Positions 28,791 through 39,623 are shown, counted from the stretch's first letter. The stretch: DNA of 64,000 nt from Candidatus Bathyarchaeota archaeon (GCA_963722095.1 CAVRJR010000002.1:129141-193140), one strand, 5' to 3'. A program made the numbers and translations. Notes: generated from the sequence alone by a model not told the origin.

Positions 28791-29882
28791 GTGCATATCT
28801 TGGAGCGGCAAGACTTGAAAGAAAAAGGCCCCTTATTCATTGTACCTTGGCGATGCACCTTCGCATGCGACAGCAACTGCGTCCACTGCACATCCGCAGG
28901 CAAACCCGCCGACCCAAACGAAATCAGCACCGCAGACGCCCTGAAAATGGTCGATCAAATCGCCGATTTCGGAGCAACCTTCTTCGGAGTCACGGGCGGA
29001 CAACCCTTCCTGAGAAAAGACCTTTTCCAAGTCATCGCCCACGCCCGAGAACTCGGCTTAGGTGCAAGCATCATAACCGACGGGCGCCAAATGGATAAGG
29101 CAGCCATCGAAAACATCGTTAAGTACCAAGTTAAGGTTTCAGTCAGCATCGACGGGGCAGAAAAAACCAACGATGCCATCCGTGGAAGCGGCGCTTACGC
29201 AGCGGCTGTTTCAGCGATTGAGAAGTTTTCAGAGGAGAAGCTCCTGAACTGCCTTGTTTACACGTTCGCGAATGCTGGCTCAGTGACGAACGCTAATGCG
29301 GAAGACATGCGTCACGTGCTTGATTTAGCCCGCAAATATGACGCGCGCTGGGTTGTTTTTCACGGAATGATTCCTTACAGCAAAGACAAAAAAACCCTCA
29401 AAGCAGATCTAACGCCTAAGCAGTATGAGTGGGTTTGCAATCAACTCTACGATTTAACCTTGGAGTACAAGGGGAAGCCTGGAATCAACATTTACATTCC
29501 ATTCTACGCGAGAGTGGCGAAGCAGCGAGGCATGCCTGACTTCGAAAACTGGTACAACAGCTTCTTTTTGGGCAGATGCTTCTTCGGCAAATTCTTCAGC
29601 GTGGCAGAAAACGGCGACGCCATACCCTGCAGCTACAACGACGCATACAGGCTTGGGAACGTTAAGGATAAGTCACTTAGGCAGATTTGGGATAACATGC
29701 AAAACAGCGAGTTCTTCGCCGAAGTCAAAGATAAAAGCAAAATCAAAGGCAAATGCGGCGTCTGCGAATACAAGGATATCTGCGGCGGATGCCGATCAGC
29801 GGCGCTCTACTACACAGGAGACATTTTGGGCTCAGACCTGCGATGCGGCTATGTTCCGCTGGCTTTGCGACGGAAGAAATAA
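28791..29882 (+). CDS. radical SAM/SPASM domain protein (NirJ/AhbC/PqqE-like)
   Basis: CDSNCVHC, TGGQP, SIDG, SPASM region C..G..GDAIPC..CGVCEYKDICGGCR..C. Confidence 0.9.
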   Translation: MHILERQDLKEKGPLFIVPWRCTFACDSNCVHCTSAGKPADPNEISTADALKMVDQIADFGATFFGVTGGQPFLRKDLFQVIAHARELGLGASIITDGRQMDKAAIENIVKYQVKVSVSIDGAEKTNDAIRGSGAYAAAVSAIEKFSEEKLLNCLVYTFANAGSVTNANAEDMRHVLDLARKYDARWVVFHGMIPYSKDKKTLKADLTPKQYEWVCNQLYDLTLEYKGKPGINIYIPFYARVAKQRGMPDFENWYNSFFLGRCFFGKFFSVAENGDAIPCSYNDAYRLGNVKDKSLRQIWDNMQNSEFFAEVKDKSKIKGKCGVCEYKDICGGCRSAALYYTGDILGSDLRCGYVPLALRRKK

Positions 29883-30057
29883 GTCTGCATCCTTGTTTTC
29901 TGTTGTTTGACGCTCTTTTTTTAAGCCGAACCCGGTGAGGTATCGCAAGTTCCTACATTTGCATGAGTTATCGTGAGAGTGTATGTATCAGCGTGAACAC
30001 AACAAAAGTTTAAAAGCGATTCAGCGCAAATAAGGCAAAACAGGAAGAGAGAAAGCG

Positions 30058-31806
30058 ATGGGTAAACACAAACTATTGAGCAGTGGACACTCTAGAAGTT
30101 TAAGAAAAATAGCAAAACCACTTGCCCTCACCGTCTGCACATTGTTCATCATCAGCGTCCTGTCGGTTCTAGCTTTTAACGGCGTCCAAGGCGCCTCAAC
30201 GACGCTGGCATTGCACACCTCGGGAAACCAGATTCTTGACTCAAACAACACCCCAGTCTACCTGCGAGGAGTAGGCATGGCTGGCATGATCCCGGACTTG
30301 ATTTTCTGGGGAAACAACGGCGGCGACAGCTGGGCAGACCAATGGCAGTCAGCTTCGGCAACCTCCGTCACACAAACGTTCCAGGCGCTGTCAACAACCT
30401 GGCATGTTAACATGATACGCGTCTTCATGTACCCTGAATGGTGGTGGCTAAACAATGTTGTTCCAGCCACGGCATCAGGTCAAGGATACAGCACAACGGC
30501 AGTCAGCACACAAACCTACCTTCAAACCTTGGCCAGCACAGCAGAACAATACGGCATCTACATCGACATAGCACCCTACCAACTGACGGCGTATTCGGGT
30601 TCGTTTAGCTCTGACCCTTACCTGTCGTCGAACATGGCTGGTTCACAGGGTCTGCCTTTGTCAAGCAACTGGGACAGCGCCGCGAAGAACTTCATCGCAA
30701 GCACGGGTCTAACAGAACAAGCGTTCTGGACGCAATACTGGACGTCAATGGCTAACGGCCTCAAAGCGTATCCGAACGTAATTTTCGAAGCGTGGAACGA
30801 GCCAAGTGGAAGCTCAGCCAACAGCATACCCTCAGGCTACCTAAGCTACTTGACAACCATGTACAACGCCATTAGGACGGCAGGGTCAACGAACCTCATC
30901 ATGATGCAGTGGCAACCCGGATGGGAACCCAACGCAGGCGCAAATCTAAGCTGGGCATCACAAATAAACACCGCACTAGGCGGAAGCCCCACAAACATGG
31001 TGTACACAACACACCTCTACTACTATTCGCCTTCCGACGACAGTCGATTCTGGGACCAAAACAACGTCGCCTGCGGTTCAGGAGGAACCCCGATGACTGT
31101 CTCGCAGCTTGAAACCCAACTTCAGAGCCTCCAATCGGGCATGGGAATCAACGCACCGCTGGTAATTAATGAAGAAGGCTCATGTCTTTCGTCATCAAGC
31201 AACACTCAGAACGATTACACTTGGTTTGGCAATGTGCTTCAAGCACAGAACGCACTGGGAATCGGCGCGGGAGCTTACTACTGGCTGAGCAGCAGCGGAT
31301 TGGGCGGAACCTACGACGGCGAATACCTGCTTTCGAGCGGCTACACGGCAGCCAGCATGGGACAAGACTACATCAACGCCTACACTGGAACCACATCAAC
31401 CCCAACTCCGACGGCATCTCCAACCCCCACACCAACACCAAAAGCTTCTCCAACAGCAACCCCAACCCCAACGCCTACACCCACACCGACTCAAACTCCA
31501 ACGCCGACACCGACTCCCACGCCCACACCAACGCCTACCCCAACACCAACCCCATCCCCAACTCCAAAACCAACAGCACACCCAACCGCTACTCCAACAC
31601 CCACCCCGACTCCGACGCCAACACACTCACCAACCCCAACGGCAAAAGCAACACCAAAACCCCCCGCGACCCCAACCCCGACTCCAAAACCAACTCTAAA
31701 ACCTACGCCTACACAAGCCCCGATAAGGCATCACAGAGGACACGACCTATTTTTGACGTCAGCATCGCCCATTTTGTTCCTGCTAAAATTCCTTTCTTTT
31801 CTTTAA
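30058..31806 (+). CDS. secreted glycoside hydrolase, GH5/clan A-like, with a long Pro/Thr tail
   Basis: signal/TM region, [26 protein letters not shown] (acid/base), HLY, VINEEG (nucleophile). Confidence 0.8.
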   Translation: MGKHKLLSSGHSRSLRKIAKPLALTVCTLFIISVLSVLAFNGVQGASTTLALHTSGNQILDSNNTPVYLRGVGMAGMIPDLIFWGNNGGDSWADQWQSASATSVTQTFQALSTTWHVNMIRVFMYPEWWWLNNVVPATASGQGYSTTAVSTQTYLQTLASTAEQYGIYIDIAPYQLTAYSGSFSSDPYLSSNMAGSQGLPLSSNWDSAAKNFIASTGLTEQAFWTQYWTSMANGLKAYPNVIFEAWNEPSGSSANSIPSGYLSYLTTMYNAIRTAGSTNLIMMQWQPGWEPNAGANLSWASQINTALGGSPTNMVYTTHLYYYSPSDDSRFWDQNNVACGSGGTPMTVSQLETQLQSLQSGMGINAPLVINEEGSCLSSSSNTQNDYTWFGNVLQAQNALGIGAGAYYWLSSSGLGGTYDGEYLLSSGYTAASMGQDYINAYTGTTSTPTPTASPTPTPTPKASPTATPTPTPTPTPTQTPTPTPTPTPTPTPTPTPTPSPTPKPTAHPTATPTPTPTPTPTHSPTPTAKATPKPPATPTPTPKPTLKPTPTQAPIRHHRGHDLFLTSASPILFLLKFLSFL

Positions 31807-31947
31807 AACTTGAAACAAAGCTGCGAGCAAAACCAAACCAAAATTACCGTTGACTTAATCAAAGCACGTAAGTAGGAGTGGCGTGCACCCAAAAAAGTTA
31901 GGGAAGAGAAGAGGGGTAAAGGGAATCTCTGGATGCACGTCACACAT

Positions 31948-32220
31948 TTAGGAACTTCTCAAATGCTGGCGGAAAAGGGCGCCGTAAGTTCTTCTTGATT
32001 TGCTGTAGTTCAGTTGGGCTTTGGTTTTGGGGTAAAGCATTTTTTGTGAGTCTTTGCTTGTGATGAAGACTGAGCCTCCGTTTTTCAGGTGTTCTTTCAC
32101 TTGGAAAAAATCCACTTGGTCAGCCTCTCGAACTTCAACGTCGCTGCTTGCGTCGTTGTCGAGCAATAGGACTTGAAACAGGGGTATCTTCGTTTTTTTG
32201 TTTTCGATAGAATTTTTCAA
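31948..32220 (-). CDS. hypothetical protein
   Basis: 90-aa ORF with TTG start after a GAGG-like RBS. Confidence 0.6.
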   Translation of the reverse strand: MKNSIENKKTKIPLFQVLLLDNDASSDVEVREADQVDFFQVKEHLKNGGSVFITSKDSQKMLYPKTKAQLNYSKSRRTYGALFRQHLRSS

Positions 32221-32329
32221 AGAACTTTTCCTTCCCTCAGATTGGAGAATAATTATTATTTGATTTGATAAATTCTTAAAGCTATGTGACTGTCAAGAGA
32301 CTACTACAAAAAACCCATTTCCATGCCCA

Positions 32330-32989
32330 TTATTGCCGCAGGATAAATGCCGCCACACGCATGTCTTGCAGTGACCGAACAATCAAATCAGGCTTCTCTC
32401 TTTCAAGTTCCATCTGGGAATAGACGCCTGTAGTGACTGCGACGCACCCCATGTGAACTGACTTAGCTGCCTTAACCCCGAATAGGGAATCCTCAACTAC
32501 AACGCATCCTTCAGGCTTAGCCTTAAGCAATGTTGCCGTCTTGAGGAAGATTTCTGGGTTAGGCTTCGAATGCGAAATCGACTCAGCAGTGAGGACTACG
32601 CTGAAATACTTCTCCAAATCTTTCGCTTTCAGCAAATGGCTAATGACCGAGTGGTTGTTCATCGAGGCTAAACCCATTTTTATTTTGCCATGCAACGCTT
32701 CAAGAAGCTCCATGGCGCCTGGGAACAGCTTCACTTGATCGGTGAGTTCGATTTCAAGTTCGCTTTTACGTTCAACGAGGCGCTGCACCATTTTCTCGCC
32801 GAAGGGTGTTTTAGCTGACCTTAGAATGTCTCTGAAGGTGTCTGCTGCTCCAATTCCGATTCGACGTTCAATGTATTCGTCGCTGACTTTGCAGTTGACC
32901 TCGCCGAGAGCCTTCTGGAACGAAACCACGATTACCCGTCGGGTGTCACCTAAAGTGCCGTCCCAATCAAAAATAGCTGCTTCAAACAT
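32330..32989 (-). CDS. HAD family phosphatase (beta-PGM-like)
   Basis: IFDWDGTL, KPNPEIF, VEDS..GV. Confidence 0.9.
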   Translation of the reverse strand: MFEAAIFDWDGTLGDTRRVIVVSFQKALGEVNCKVSDEYIERRIGIGAADTFRDILRSAKTPFGEKMVQRLVERKSELEIELTDQVKLFPGAMELLEALHGKIKMGLASMNNHSVISHLLKAKDLEKYFSVVLTAESISHSKPNPEIFLKTATLLKAKPEGCVVVEDSLFGVKAAKSVHMGCVAVTTGVYSQMELEREKPDLIVRSLQDMRVAAFILRQ

Positions 32990-33000
32990 GGCGGCTCAGG

Positions 33001-33807
33001 CTAGTTTAGGTTCAGTTTTTCCCTGATTTCTTGGCTTTTCTTCGTCGCTTCTTCTATGGCGCGTATCATTGCCGAACGGATTTGGCTTTGCTCAATCTGG
33101 TATATGGCTTCAATCGTTGTTCCGCCAGGCGTGGTGGTCATGTCTTTGATTTTTGACGGTTCCTCATGCAGGTCCAATACGAGCTTGCCTGTTCCCATCA
33201 CGGTTTGGGCTGCAGCGGTTAGGGCGATGTTGCGGGGTAACCCCACTTTCAATCCAGCGTAGGTCAAAGCCTCGACGATAATGGACATGTAGCCTGGTCC
33301 GCTTCCGCTTACAGCGGTTATTGCATCCAAGTACTTCTCATCCAGTTCTTGGCATATGCCGAACATGTTCAGTAAAGTTTTGACTTTCTCTTTGTCTTCG
33401 GCGGTGACGTTGGGTTCGCAGCAGTAAGCCGTGTAGGCAGCTTGAACTAAGGCGCCGAGGTTCGGCATTATCCGCACGATTCGGGCTTGGGGCGCGTTCT
33501 TTCTGAGAAACTTCAGCGGCACCGTAGCAGCCACAGAAATCAACAGTTTACCCGCAATTGCCTCATTGATTTCCTTGAGAACCTTCGTCACATCGCCGGG
33601 TTTAACGATGATGAAAACGATGTCTGCTTCAGCCGCTGACTTCAAGTTGTCGGTTGAAGTTTTGACGCCGAGGCTTTCAAACTCCTTAAGCCTATCCAAC
33701 GCAATGTCAACCGCTGTCAACTTGCCTTTGTAGCCGCCTTTAAGCAGGCTTTTGATTATGGCTCCACCCATCATTCCTGAGCCAATTACCGTGATTTTAT
33801 CGTTCAT
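33001..33807 (-). CDS. proC: pyrroline-5-carboxylate reductase
   Basis: IGSGMMG, RIMPN, TAVSGSGPGY, TTPGGTT. Confidence 0.95.
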   Translation of the reverse strand: MNDKITVIGSGMMGGAIIKSLLKGGYKGKLTAVDIALDRLKEFESLGVKTSTDNLKSAAEADIVFIIVKPGDVTKVLKEINEAIAGKLLISVAATVPLKFLRKNAPQARIVRIMPNLGALVQAAYTAYCCEPNVTAEDKEKVKTLLNMFGICQELDEKYLDAITAVSGSGPGYMSIIVEALTYAGLKVGLPRNIALTAAAQTVMGTGKLVLDLHEEPSKIKDMTTTPGGTTIEAIYQIEQSQIRSAMIRAIEEATKKSQEIREKLNLN

Positions 33808-33903
33808 GACTTATCACTTGCTATTTATGGACTAGACCTTTGCTCTTAAACTTTTTTTGCCCTCACGGCTCTGCCACTCGCAAAAACCAAATCTTTTTCA
33901 ATC

Positions 33904-35118
33904 TTACGTCTTAGGTACCAGAGACCGTAGCAACTCATGGATTTTCAGCGCTGGCGCGTCTGTCCTTATGCCTCGAGGTCTAAAATGCGTCGGAACCGCC
34001 TGAAAACCCCCATTTCGCAACGCATCTGAAAAGCCTTGTACTGAGGGCGAAGGCAACCCAAGTTTTCCACTTAGCTTATCAAGCACATGGTACGTTATTG
34101 GCGCTGAAGCTTCTTCCTTTGCTAAGAAGAGAAGTTTGGAGATTCGAGCGTTGTTCTTGAAGGCTACGGTTTGGTTTTCCTTAACCATTAGTTCGATGAA
34201 TTGCCTGTCAAAGATGTTTCCCAGCCAAAGCGGTCCTGCATAATCCATTTTTGAGCCGCATTCGGGGCACGTGAGGTTGCCGAAGGGTTGGCGTGCGGTT
34301 TCTCGGTGCAGGCAGTTGAAGCAGTGCAGAAGGTACCCGAGGGTTTTGATGCTTTCGTCGGCTTTTTCTGCGCCATACGCGATTTGAGCGTATAGTCTGA
34401 TGTAGTGTTCGCTGCTGTGGCTGAAGAGCACATGGATTCCGATGTCGTGTTTTGCAGCTAAGGTGGCGGTGCAGCCTGCGAGAAGCCGAACGGCAAGTTC
34501 ATGGCAGTACTCTGTCCGCATTGGTTTTCCGCCGTATTTTCGTATGCAGGCTTTTTGGTGTACCCCGCATAGCGGCGCCAAGTCGGTGGCGGTTGAAGCC
34601 AGCAAACCGTGATTGCGAAGCGCCCTTAGAGCCGAGCCCAAATAGGGGGCAGGAGTGCCAAATGGGTCAATGTCAACGATGTCGAAGCGTTTCTTAGGCG
34701 ACGCATTGCAGCTCAAGAGACAGTTTGCATCTTTATGCCTAACAGCGACGACCTTTTCCAGTCCGTTAAGTTGAACGTTGTGCTTTGCCACCTTGAAGGC
34801 ACGCTCGTTGATGTCACCGATTAAAACGCGCTTCACGCCTGCAACCTCGACGGCGAAGCGGACGCCTCGGATTCCTTGGCTGGTCAAGGGTTCGCAGATG
34901 CTGATTTCCCTGTTGACCATGCGTTGGTAGGCTTGGAACGCTAAAACCGACAGGTCACGGTTGAACTCCATGACTGGGTTGTAGAAAACTGGGGCTTTGG
35001 AAGGCGCGTAATCCGACGGGTTGACTCCGTAGGCTTCAAGTTTAGGCACTAGCACTTGCACTTTGCCTTCGCGGATGATTTCGCTTGGAAAATCTGGCTT
35101 GTAGACGCTGTCTGCCAT
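33904..35118 (-). CDS. trm1: tRNA (guanine26-N2)-dimethyltransferase
   Basis: VFYNPVMEFNRDLS, GIRGVRF, DIDPFGTP, TATD, Zn ribbon CFNC..CPEC, GPLW. Confidence 0.95.
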   Translation of the reverse strand: MADSVYKPDFPSEIIREGKVQVLVPKLEAYGVNPSDYAPSKAPVFYNPVMEFNRDLSVLAFQAYQRMVNREISICEPLTSQGIRGVRFAVEVAGVKRVLIGDINERAFKVAKHNVQLNGLEKVVAVRHKDANCLLSCNASPKKRFDIVDIDPFGTPAPYLGSALRALRNHGLLASTATDLAPLCGVHQKACIRKYGGKPMRTEYCHELAVRLLAGCTATLAAKHDIGIHVLFSHSSEHYIRLYAQIAYGAEKADESIKTLGYLLHCFNCLHRETARQPFGNLTCPECGSKMDYAGPLWLGNIFDRQFIELMVKENQTVAFKNNARISKLLFLAKEEASAPITYHVLDKLSGKLGLPSPSVQGFSDALRNGGFQAVPTHFRPRGIRTDAPALKIHELLRSLVPKT

Positions 35119-35199
35119 TTGGTTGCTTCCCAGTTGGATTTGCTTATCAAAAGAATTTTATCTGCATATTAGACTTCTGGTTAGGCAGGTGCGAAGCTG

Positions 35200-35757
35200 T
35201 TGCAGAAACGCGTTTTGCTCATAACGGGTGCTCCAGGCGTCGGAAAAACAACTGTACTCATTAAAACAGTTGAAGCCCTTAAAGCGCAGGGGGTAAGCGT
35301 CGGCGGCATGATTAGCCGTGAAGTGAGAGAGGGCAACACGCGGGTAGGCTTCGAAATCATCGACTTGACCAACGGTAACCGTGGGTGGCTGGCGCATGTA
35401 AACCAGAAGGTTGGCCCGCAAGTCGGCAAATACCATGTGAATCTTGGAGACCTTGAGTGCATAGGCGCACAAGCAATCTTGGAAGCCGTTGAAAAATGCG
35501 CTGCCGTAGCGATTGATGAGGTGGGTCCCATGGAACTCTACTCGCAGAAGTTCAAGCACACTGTAAAGCAGGCGCTGCAGAGCGGAAAGCTGGTGTTAGC
35601 GGTGGTGCACGCGAAAGCCAACGGCCCACTGATAAATGAGACAAAACAAAGAGAAGACGCAGAAATTTTTACCGTAACTTTACCTAATCGTTCAAGTATG
35701 CCTGGCGTGCTAGAAAAACAAGTGCTCAAAACGCTTTTGACGGAAAAAAATCGGTAA
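35200..35757 (+). CDS. THEP1-type NTPase
   Basis: ITGAPGVGKTT, RVGF, IDEVGPME. Confidence 0.92.
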   Translation: MQKRVLLITGAPGVGKTTVLIKTVEALKAQGVSVGGMISREVREGNTRVGFEIIDLTNGNRGWLAHVNQKVGPQVGKYHVNLGDLECIGAQAILEAVEKCAAVAIDEVGPMELYSQKFKHTVKQALQSGKLVLAVVHAKANGPLINETKQREDAEIFTVTLPNRSSMPGVLEKQVLKTLLTEKNR

Positions 35758-35959
35758 ACGTCAGGCTTTCGCTATTCGTCTTCTTTTCTAAGTTCGTCCA
35801 ATAATTTCTTCATTTACTCTACCGTTGCATATTTAGCGCCTGAACCAGCCAAATCAAAAGTTGTTATTTGCGACTTTTGCAACTTCTTTCCCAACTTAAC
35901 ACCGACCCAATAACTATAGGATAATTCCTATAATAGTTATCGAAGCCCTCCAAAGAGCC

Positions 35960-36322
35960 TCAGCATGTTACGTGAATTAATGCGATAAAAGGTCTTTGCT
36001 CTTGTTCTATTTTCTCGATTACTTCGGGCGTAGGCAGAATGGTCGCGTTGTATTTTTTTAGTATTTCAAGAGCCTTAGGCGTTATCGGCAAGGCGGCTTC
36101 ATGGCCCGTCCCAATGTACAGTGCTTCGAATTGTTCCTTCGGCAGAAATTCCAGTTCGCGTTCAGAAAGAGGCGTATGACCGTAGTCTGGCTTCAGTTCT
36201 TTGGATTTCTTTTTATCCCTCTTCGTTATGGACCCGTCTGAGTGGATTACGATGTCTTTTTCGTATTTTTCGCCGTTGACGCTAATCCACCCGAACTTTG
36301 ATTCGATTGAGGTAATTTTCAA
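35960..36322 (-). CDS. Mth938-like domain protein
   Basis: FGWISVNGEKYEKDIVI..H.LS..LYIGTG..PT..ALIHVTC; start reset to the TTG at 36322. Confidence 0.85.
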   Translation of the reverse strand: MKITSIESKFGWISVNGEKYEKDIVIHSDGSITKRDKKKSKELKPDYGHTPLSERELEFLPKEQFEALYIGTGHEAALPITPKALEILKKYNATILPTPEVIEKIEQEQRPFIALIHVTC

Positions 36323-36353
36323 TGGACTACCCCAATTAGTACAAGTCGCAATC

Positions 36354-36665
36354 TTATTTTGGTTTTTTGCCAAGCGCTTTGCTGTTTTTTGTTTTAGCCG
36401 TGGGTTTTGTCGCTTGGGGCTTTGCGGGTTCATCCCAGCACCTGTCAAATTCTTCAGGTGACATGATATCCAAGTTTTGTAGTTGCTGACTGAAAGCGTC
36501 AAGGGCGCAGCGGTTGCTGAGGTGAGCATGGTAGACTTCGATGAGAAGATTGATTGCCATCGACTTTGAAATCGGCTTTTTAGCCATGAAAGACAATTCT
36601 TCGGCGGCTTTAGCTAAATCGTCGTCGATTTTATCAGGTAAAATGAGGGTTTTCATGCTTACCAA
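36354..36665 (-). CDS. hypothetical protein, possible RHH-like N-terminus
   Basis: MKTLILPDKIDDDL..ISKSMAINLLIE; abuts the flavodoxin gene. Confidence 0.6.
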   Translation of the reverse strand: MVSMKTLILPDKIDDDLAKAAEELSFMAKKPISKSMAINLLIEVYHAHLSNRCALDAFSQQLQNLDIMSPEEFDRCWDEPAKPQATKPTAKTKNSKALGKKPK

Positions 36666-37211
36666 CTACAAGTTCTTTGCTAATTGCTCCGCGTCTCTTT
36701 TAATCTTTGCCAAATCCTCCGCCGTCGGCTTCCCACGGATGTCGCCGAGCCTGCCCAACGTGCTGTTGTCTTCCCTTCCATGAAACTCGCCTACAACGTA
36801 CCATTCGCCGACAACTGTGAAGCCGAAATGCTCAAAGTACTGCCGCATTGTCTTGCCAGCAGGTGTCGCCTCATCGATTCCCGTGTGGGGTCCCGAATAG
36901 GTCACGAAAACCAGCGCGTTTTTGCCTTGGACTTTTGGGGCGCAAGGCTTGATTTTTCCTTGGCTTCGGTAAAGGTTCAGCTTAGCTTTCAAGAGGTCAG
37001 CCACTGGTTTAGCAGGCTGCCACTCAATAGAGGGCGAACCGACACAGACTAAATCGTAGGCGTAAAAGTCCAATTCAGCCGCTTCCTGAGGCTTCTTCAA
37101 CTCAACCTTGAATCCTGCTGCCTCTAAGCCAACTTGGATTGCGTAAGCAACTTTCTGGGTGTTTCCCGTGCTTGACCAATAAACGATTAACGCGGACTTC
37201 AAACTTGACAC
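36666..37211 (-). CDS. flavodoxin-like protein
   Basis: VYWSSTGNTQKVAYAI, YDLVCVGSP, FVTYSG. Confidence 0.88.
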   Translation of the reverse strand: MSSLKSALIVYWSSTGNTQKVAYAIQVGLEAAGFKVELKKPQEAAELDFYAYDLVCVGSPSIEWQPAKPVADLLKAKLNLYRSQGKIKPCAPKVQGKNALVFVTYSGPHTGIDEATPAGKTMRQYFEHFGFTVVGEWYVVGEFHGREDNSTLGRLGDIRGKPTAEDLAKIKRDAEQLAKNL

Positions 37212-37377
37212 GCTTCTGTTGCATCTAACTGAATGGCAAGTTTGTTTTAGATTTATCGGTGTGTCTCAACATAACGCGCCCTGCAAAATCAAACGACCAC
37301 AGGAAAATGTAACTTCTGTTTCTGTACTTGTTTTAAAGTATAAATATCGTGTTAGCATTAGGTTAGTTAAGTTTTAG

Positions 37378-38625
37378 GTGACATCTTTGCGAATAGGCTT
37401 CTTCGTTTATGAATATCCGCCGCAGATGGTAGGCGGTTTAGGCACTTACGCCGAGAACATAGCCCATGAATACGTTGACATCGGGCATGACGTTTCAGTG
37501 TTCACGCTTAATAATAACGATTTGAAAACAAGGGAAATCCTGCGAGGCGTCGAAGTGCACAGACCTCAGATAGCCGACGCAAGCAACATCTGGCCTTTCT
37601 TCGTGGTTGACGACCTCAAGAAATGGGGCACCAACATCAAACTCTTCAACGACATATTCATCTACAATATTCTGAGCTCAACCAAATTCATAAACGGCTT
37701 AATCAAAAAAGAAAAATACAATTTCGACGTCGTCTGCGTCCACGACTGGCTAAGCAGCATTGCAGGCTTAGTAATTAAGAACGAAACCAAAATACCCGTG
37801 GTTTTCCACGTGCACAGCACCGAGTGGGGCAGAAGCGGTGGAGGAGGCTCCGAAGTTGTTTCTCATTTGGAACGGGCTATGGCGCAAAACGCAGACAAAA
37901 TAATAACCGTTAGCTACGCGATGCAGGAGGACCTCGTGAAACACGGGTGGTCAGCATCTAAAATAAGCGTTGTCTGGAACGGAGTTGACCCAGAAATGTA
38001 CAATCCAGCTCACATAAGCAAGGAGGAAGTCAACGAAATCAGGACCAAATACGGCATTCCTGACGGCTGGAACATGCTGCTTTTTGTCGGAAGGCTTACT
38101 TGGGTAAAAGGTGTCCGTAACCTCTTGCAGGCGATGCCTCTTGTCTTGAAAGAGAACCCAAACACTAAACTTGTTATCTTGGGCAAGGGCGAAGAACAAA
38201 CTGACATCACCGAAACAGCTGAACGCCTAAAAATAGAGGATAAAGTTGTTTACCGATTCGACTTCGTGCCTGAACAGGAACGGATTTTGCATTACGCAGC
38301 CTCTGACGTCTGCATTTTCCCGTCAACTTATGAGCCTTTCGGCATAGTTAGTTTGGAAGCGATGTCCATGGAGAAACCCGTCGTGGTGGGTGCGAGAGGC
38401 GTAGTCGGCTTCAAAGAGCAAGTGGTGAACGGCGGACCCGACCAATGTGGAGTGCATATTAACGGTGAAGACCCAGCGGACATAGCGTGGGGAATAAACG
38501 AAACCCTTCGGGACCCTGAACGAGCCAGAAACTGGGGCGAAAACGGCAGAAGAAGAGTACTCGAGTATTTTACATGGCGAAAAGTGGCTGAGGAAACAAG
38601 CAAAATCTACGAGTCACTGCTGTAA
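37378..38625 (+). CDS. glycosyltransferase family 4 (glycogen synthase-like)
   Basis: EYPPQMVGGLG, HDWL, HVHSTE, FVGRLTWVKG, YEPFGIVSLEAM. Confidence 0.9.
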   Translation: MTSLRIGFFVYEYPPQMVGGLGTYAENIAHEYVDIGHDVSVFTLNNNDLKTREILRGVEVHRPQIADASNIWPFFVVDDLKKWGTNIKLFNDIFIYNILSSTKFINGLIKKEKYNFDVVCVHDWLSSIAGLVIKNETKIPVVFHVHSTEWGRSGGGGSEVVSHLERAMAQNADKIITVSYAMQEDLVKHGWSASKISVVWNGVDPEMYNPAHISKEEVNEIRTKYGIPDGWNMLLFVGRLTWVKGVRNLLQAMPLVLKENPNTKLVILGKGEEQTDITETAERLKIEDKVVYRFDFVPEQERILHYAASDVCIFPSTYEPFGIVSLEAMSMEKPVVVGARGVVGFKEQVVNGGPDQCGVHINGEDPADIAWGINETLRDPERARNWGENGRRRVLEYFTWRKVAEETSKIYESLL

Positions 38626-38648
38626 ACTCAAAGAAAGAAAAGATTAGG

Positions 38649-39623
38649 CTACGTAGCCAGCATATCTGCGACTTCAAGCAGCCTCAAATCTATCGGCTTT
38701 CGCTCTTTAGCCGCTTTCTCTAACTCATAACCCACAATCTCACCGTCTTGTAAACCGACCGCCATGTTGCCTTTTCCCTGGCAGATTAATTCGACAGCTT
38801 TCTCAGCAAACAAACTAGCAAGCAACCTACTTCGCGCAGTTGGGCTTCCGCCGCGTTGTGCATAGCCAAGGATGGATAGGCGTACTTCAGCTTCGGTTTG
38901 CTGCTGCATTTCTTGGGCAAGCTTGGTTGAGTTGCCACATCCTTCTGCCGCAACTATGATTCCTGCTCGTTTGCCTTTTTTCGCGTTTTCCGCCATCATC
39001 TTGACTATTTCGGAGAGGCTTAAGGGTCGCTCTGGAATCAAAATGACTTCTGCGCCCACGCATAAGCCTACTTCCAGCGCCAAGAAGCCTCTTTTGCGAC
39101 CCATAACTTCAACGATGAATACTCGCTCATGGGAAATCGCTGTGTCCCTGATTTTGTCGATGGAGCCGACTGCCGTGTTGACCGCTGTGTCAAAGCCGAT
39201 TGTCTCTTCAGTTCCGTAGACATCGTTGTCGATTGTGGCGGGTACTCCAACCATCAACGCATCGGTTTCCCTGCTCAGGTCCAACGCGCCCCTGAAGGAA
39301 CCGTCGCCGCCGATAACGACTAAACCATCGATGTTGTTAATAGACAATGTTTCTGCTCCCTTCTCGACGCCGCCTTCTTCCTCGAAGCTAAGGCAACGCA
39401 GAGTATGCAGTATGGTTCCGCCCAGCTGGATTATGCCGCCGACGCTTCGGGGAGTCAGCTTCCTGCAAGAGTTCGTTAAAAGCCCATCCCAACCACGCTC
39501 GAAACCTATAACTTGAAAACCCTTCGAATGGGCAACCCTTGTTACCGCTCGGATAGCAGCATTCATTCCTGGAGCGTCGCCGCCTGAAGTTACGACGCCG
39601 ATAGTTTTCGCCAAACGCACCAA
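38649..39623 (-). CDS. pfkA: 6-phosphofructokinase, PfkA family, probably ATP-dependent
   Basis: TSGGDAPGMNAAIR, GGDGS, TIDND, EVMGR, LGYAQRGG. Confidence 0.93.
   Translation of the reverse strand: MVRLAKTIGVVTSGGDAPGMNAAIRAVTRVAHSKGFQVIGFERGWDGLLTNSCRKLTPRSVGGIIQLGGTILHTLRCLSFEEEGGVEKGAETLSINNIDGLVVIGGDGSFRGALDLSRETDALMVGVPATIDNDVYGTEETIGFDTAVNTAVGSIDKIRDTAISHERVFIVEVMGRKRGFLALEVGLCVGAEVILIPERPLSLSEIVKMMAENAKKGKRAGIIVAAEGCGNSTKLAQEMQQQTEAEVRLSILGYAQRGGSPTARSRLLASLFAEKAVELICQGKGNMAVGLQDGEIVGYELEKAAKERKPIDLRLLEVADMLAT

Noticed and set aside
31395-31720. CRISPR-like or other DNA repeat array
   Set aside because: This is low-complexity Pro/Thr linker coding sequence, as is ~19920-20052. No constant repeat with unique spacers and no cas genes were seen in the window.
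35772-35900. Short minus-strand frame with an internal TAA (LGKKLQKSQITTFDLAGSGAKYATVE*MKKLLDELRKEDE)
   Set aside because: Possibly an antitoxin remnant, but too short to assign. TAA gives no case for selenocysteine or pyrrolysine readthrough.
36323-36529. N-terminal extension of the Mth938-like ORF given in the ORF track
   Set aside because: It overlaps the 36354-36665 gene in another frame; the domain begins at the TTG at 36322.
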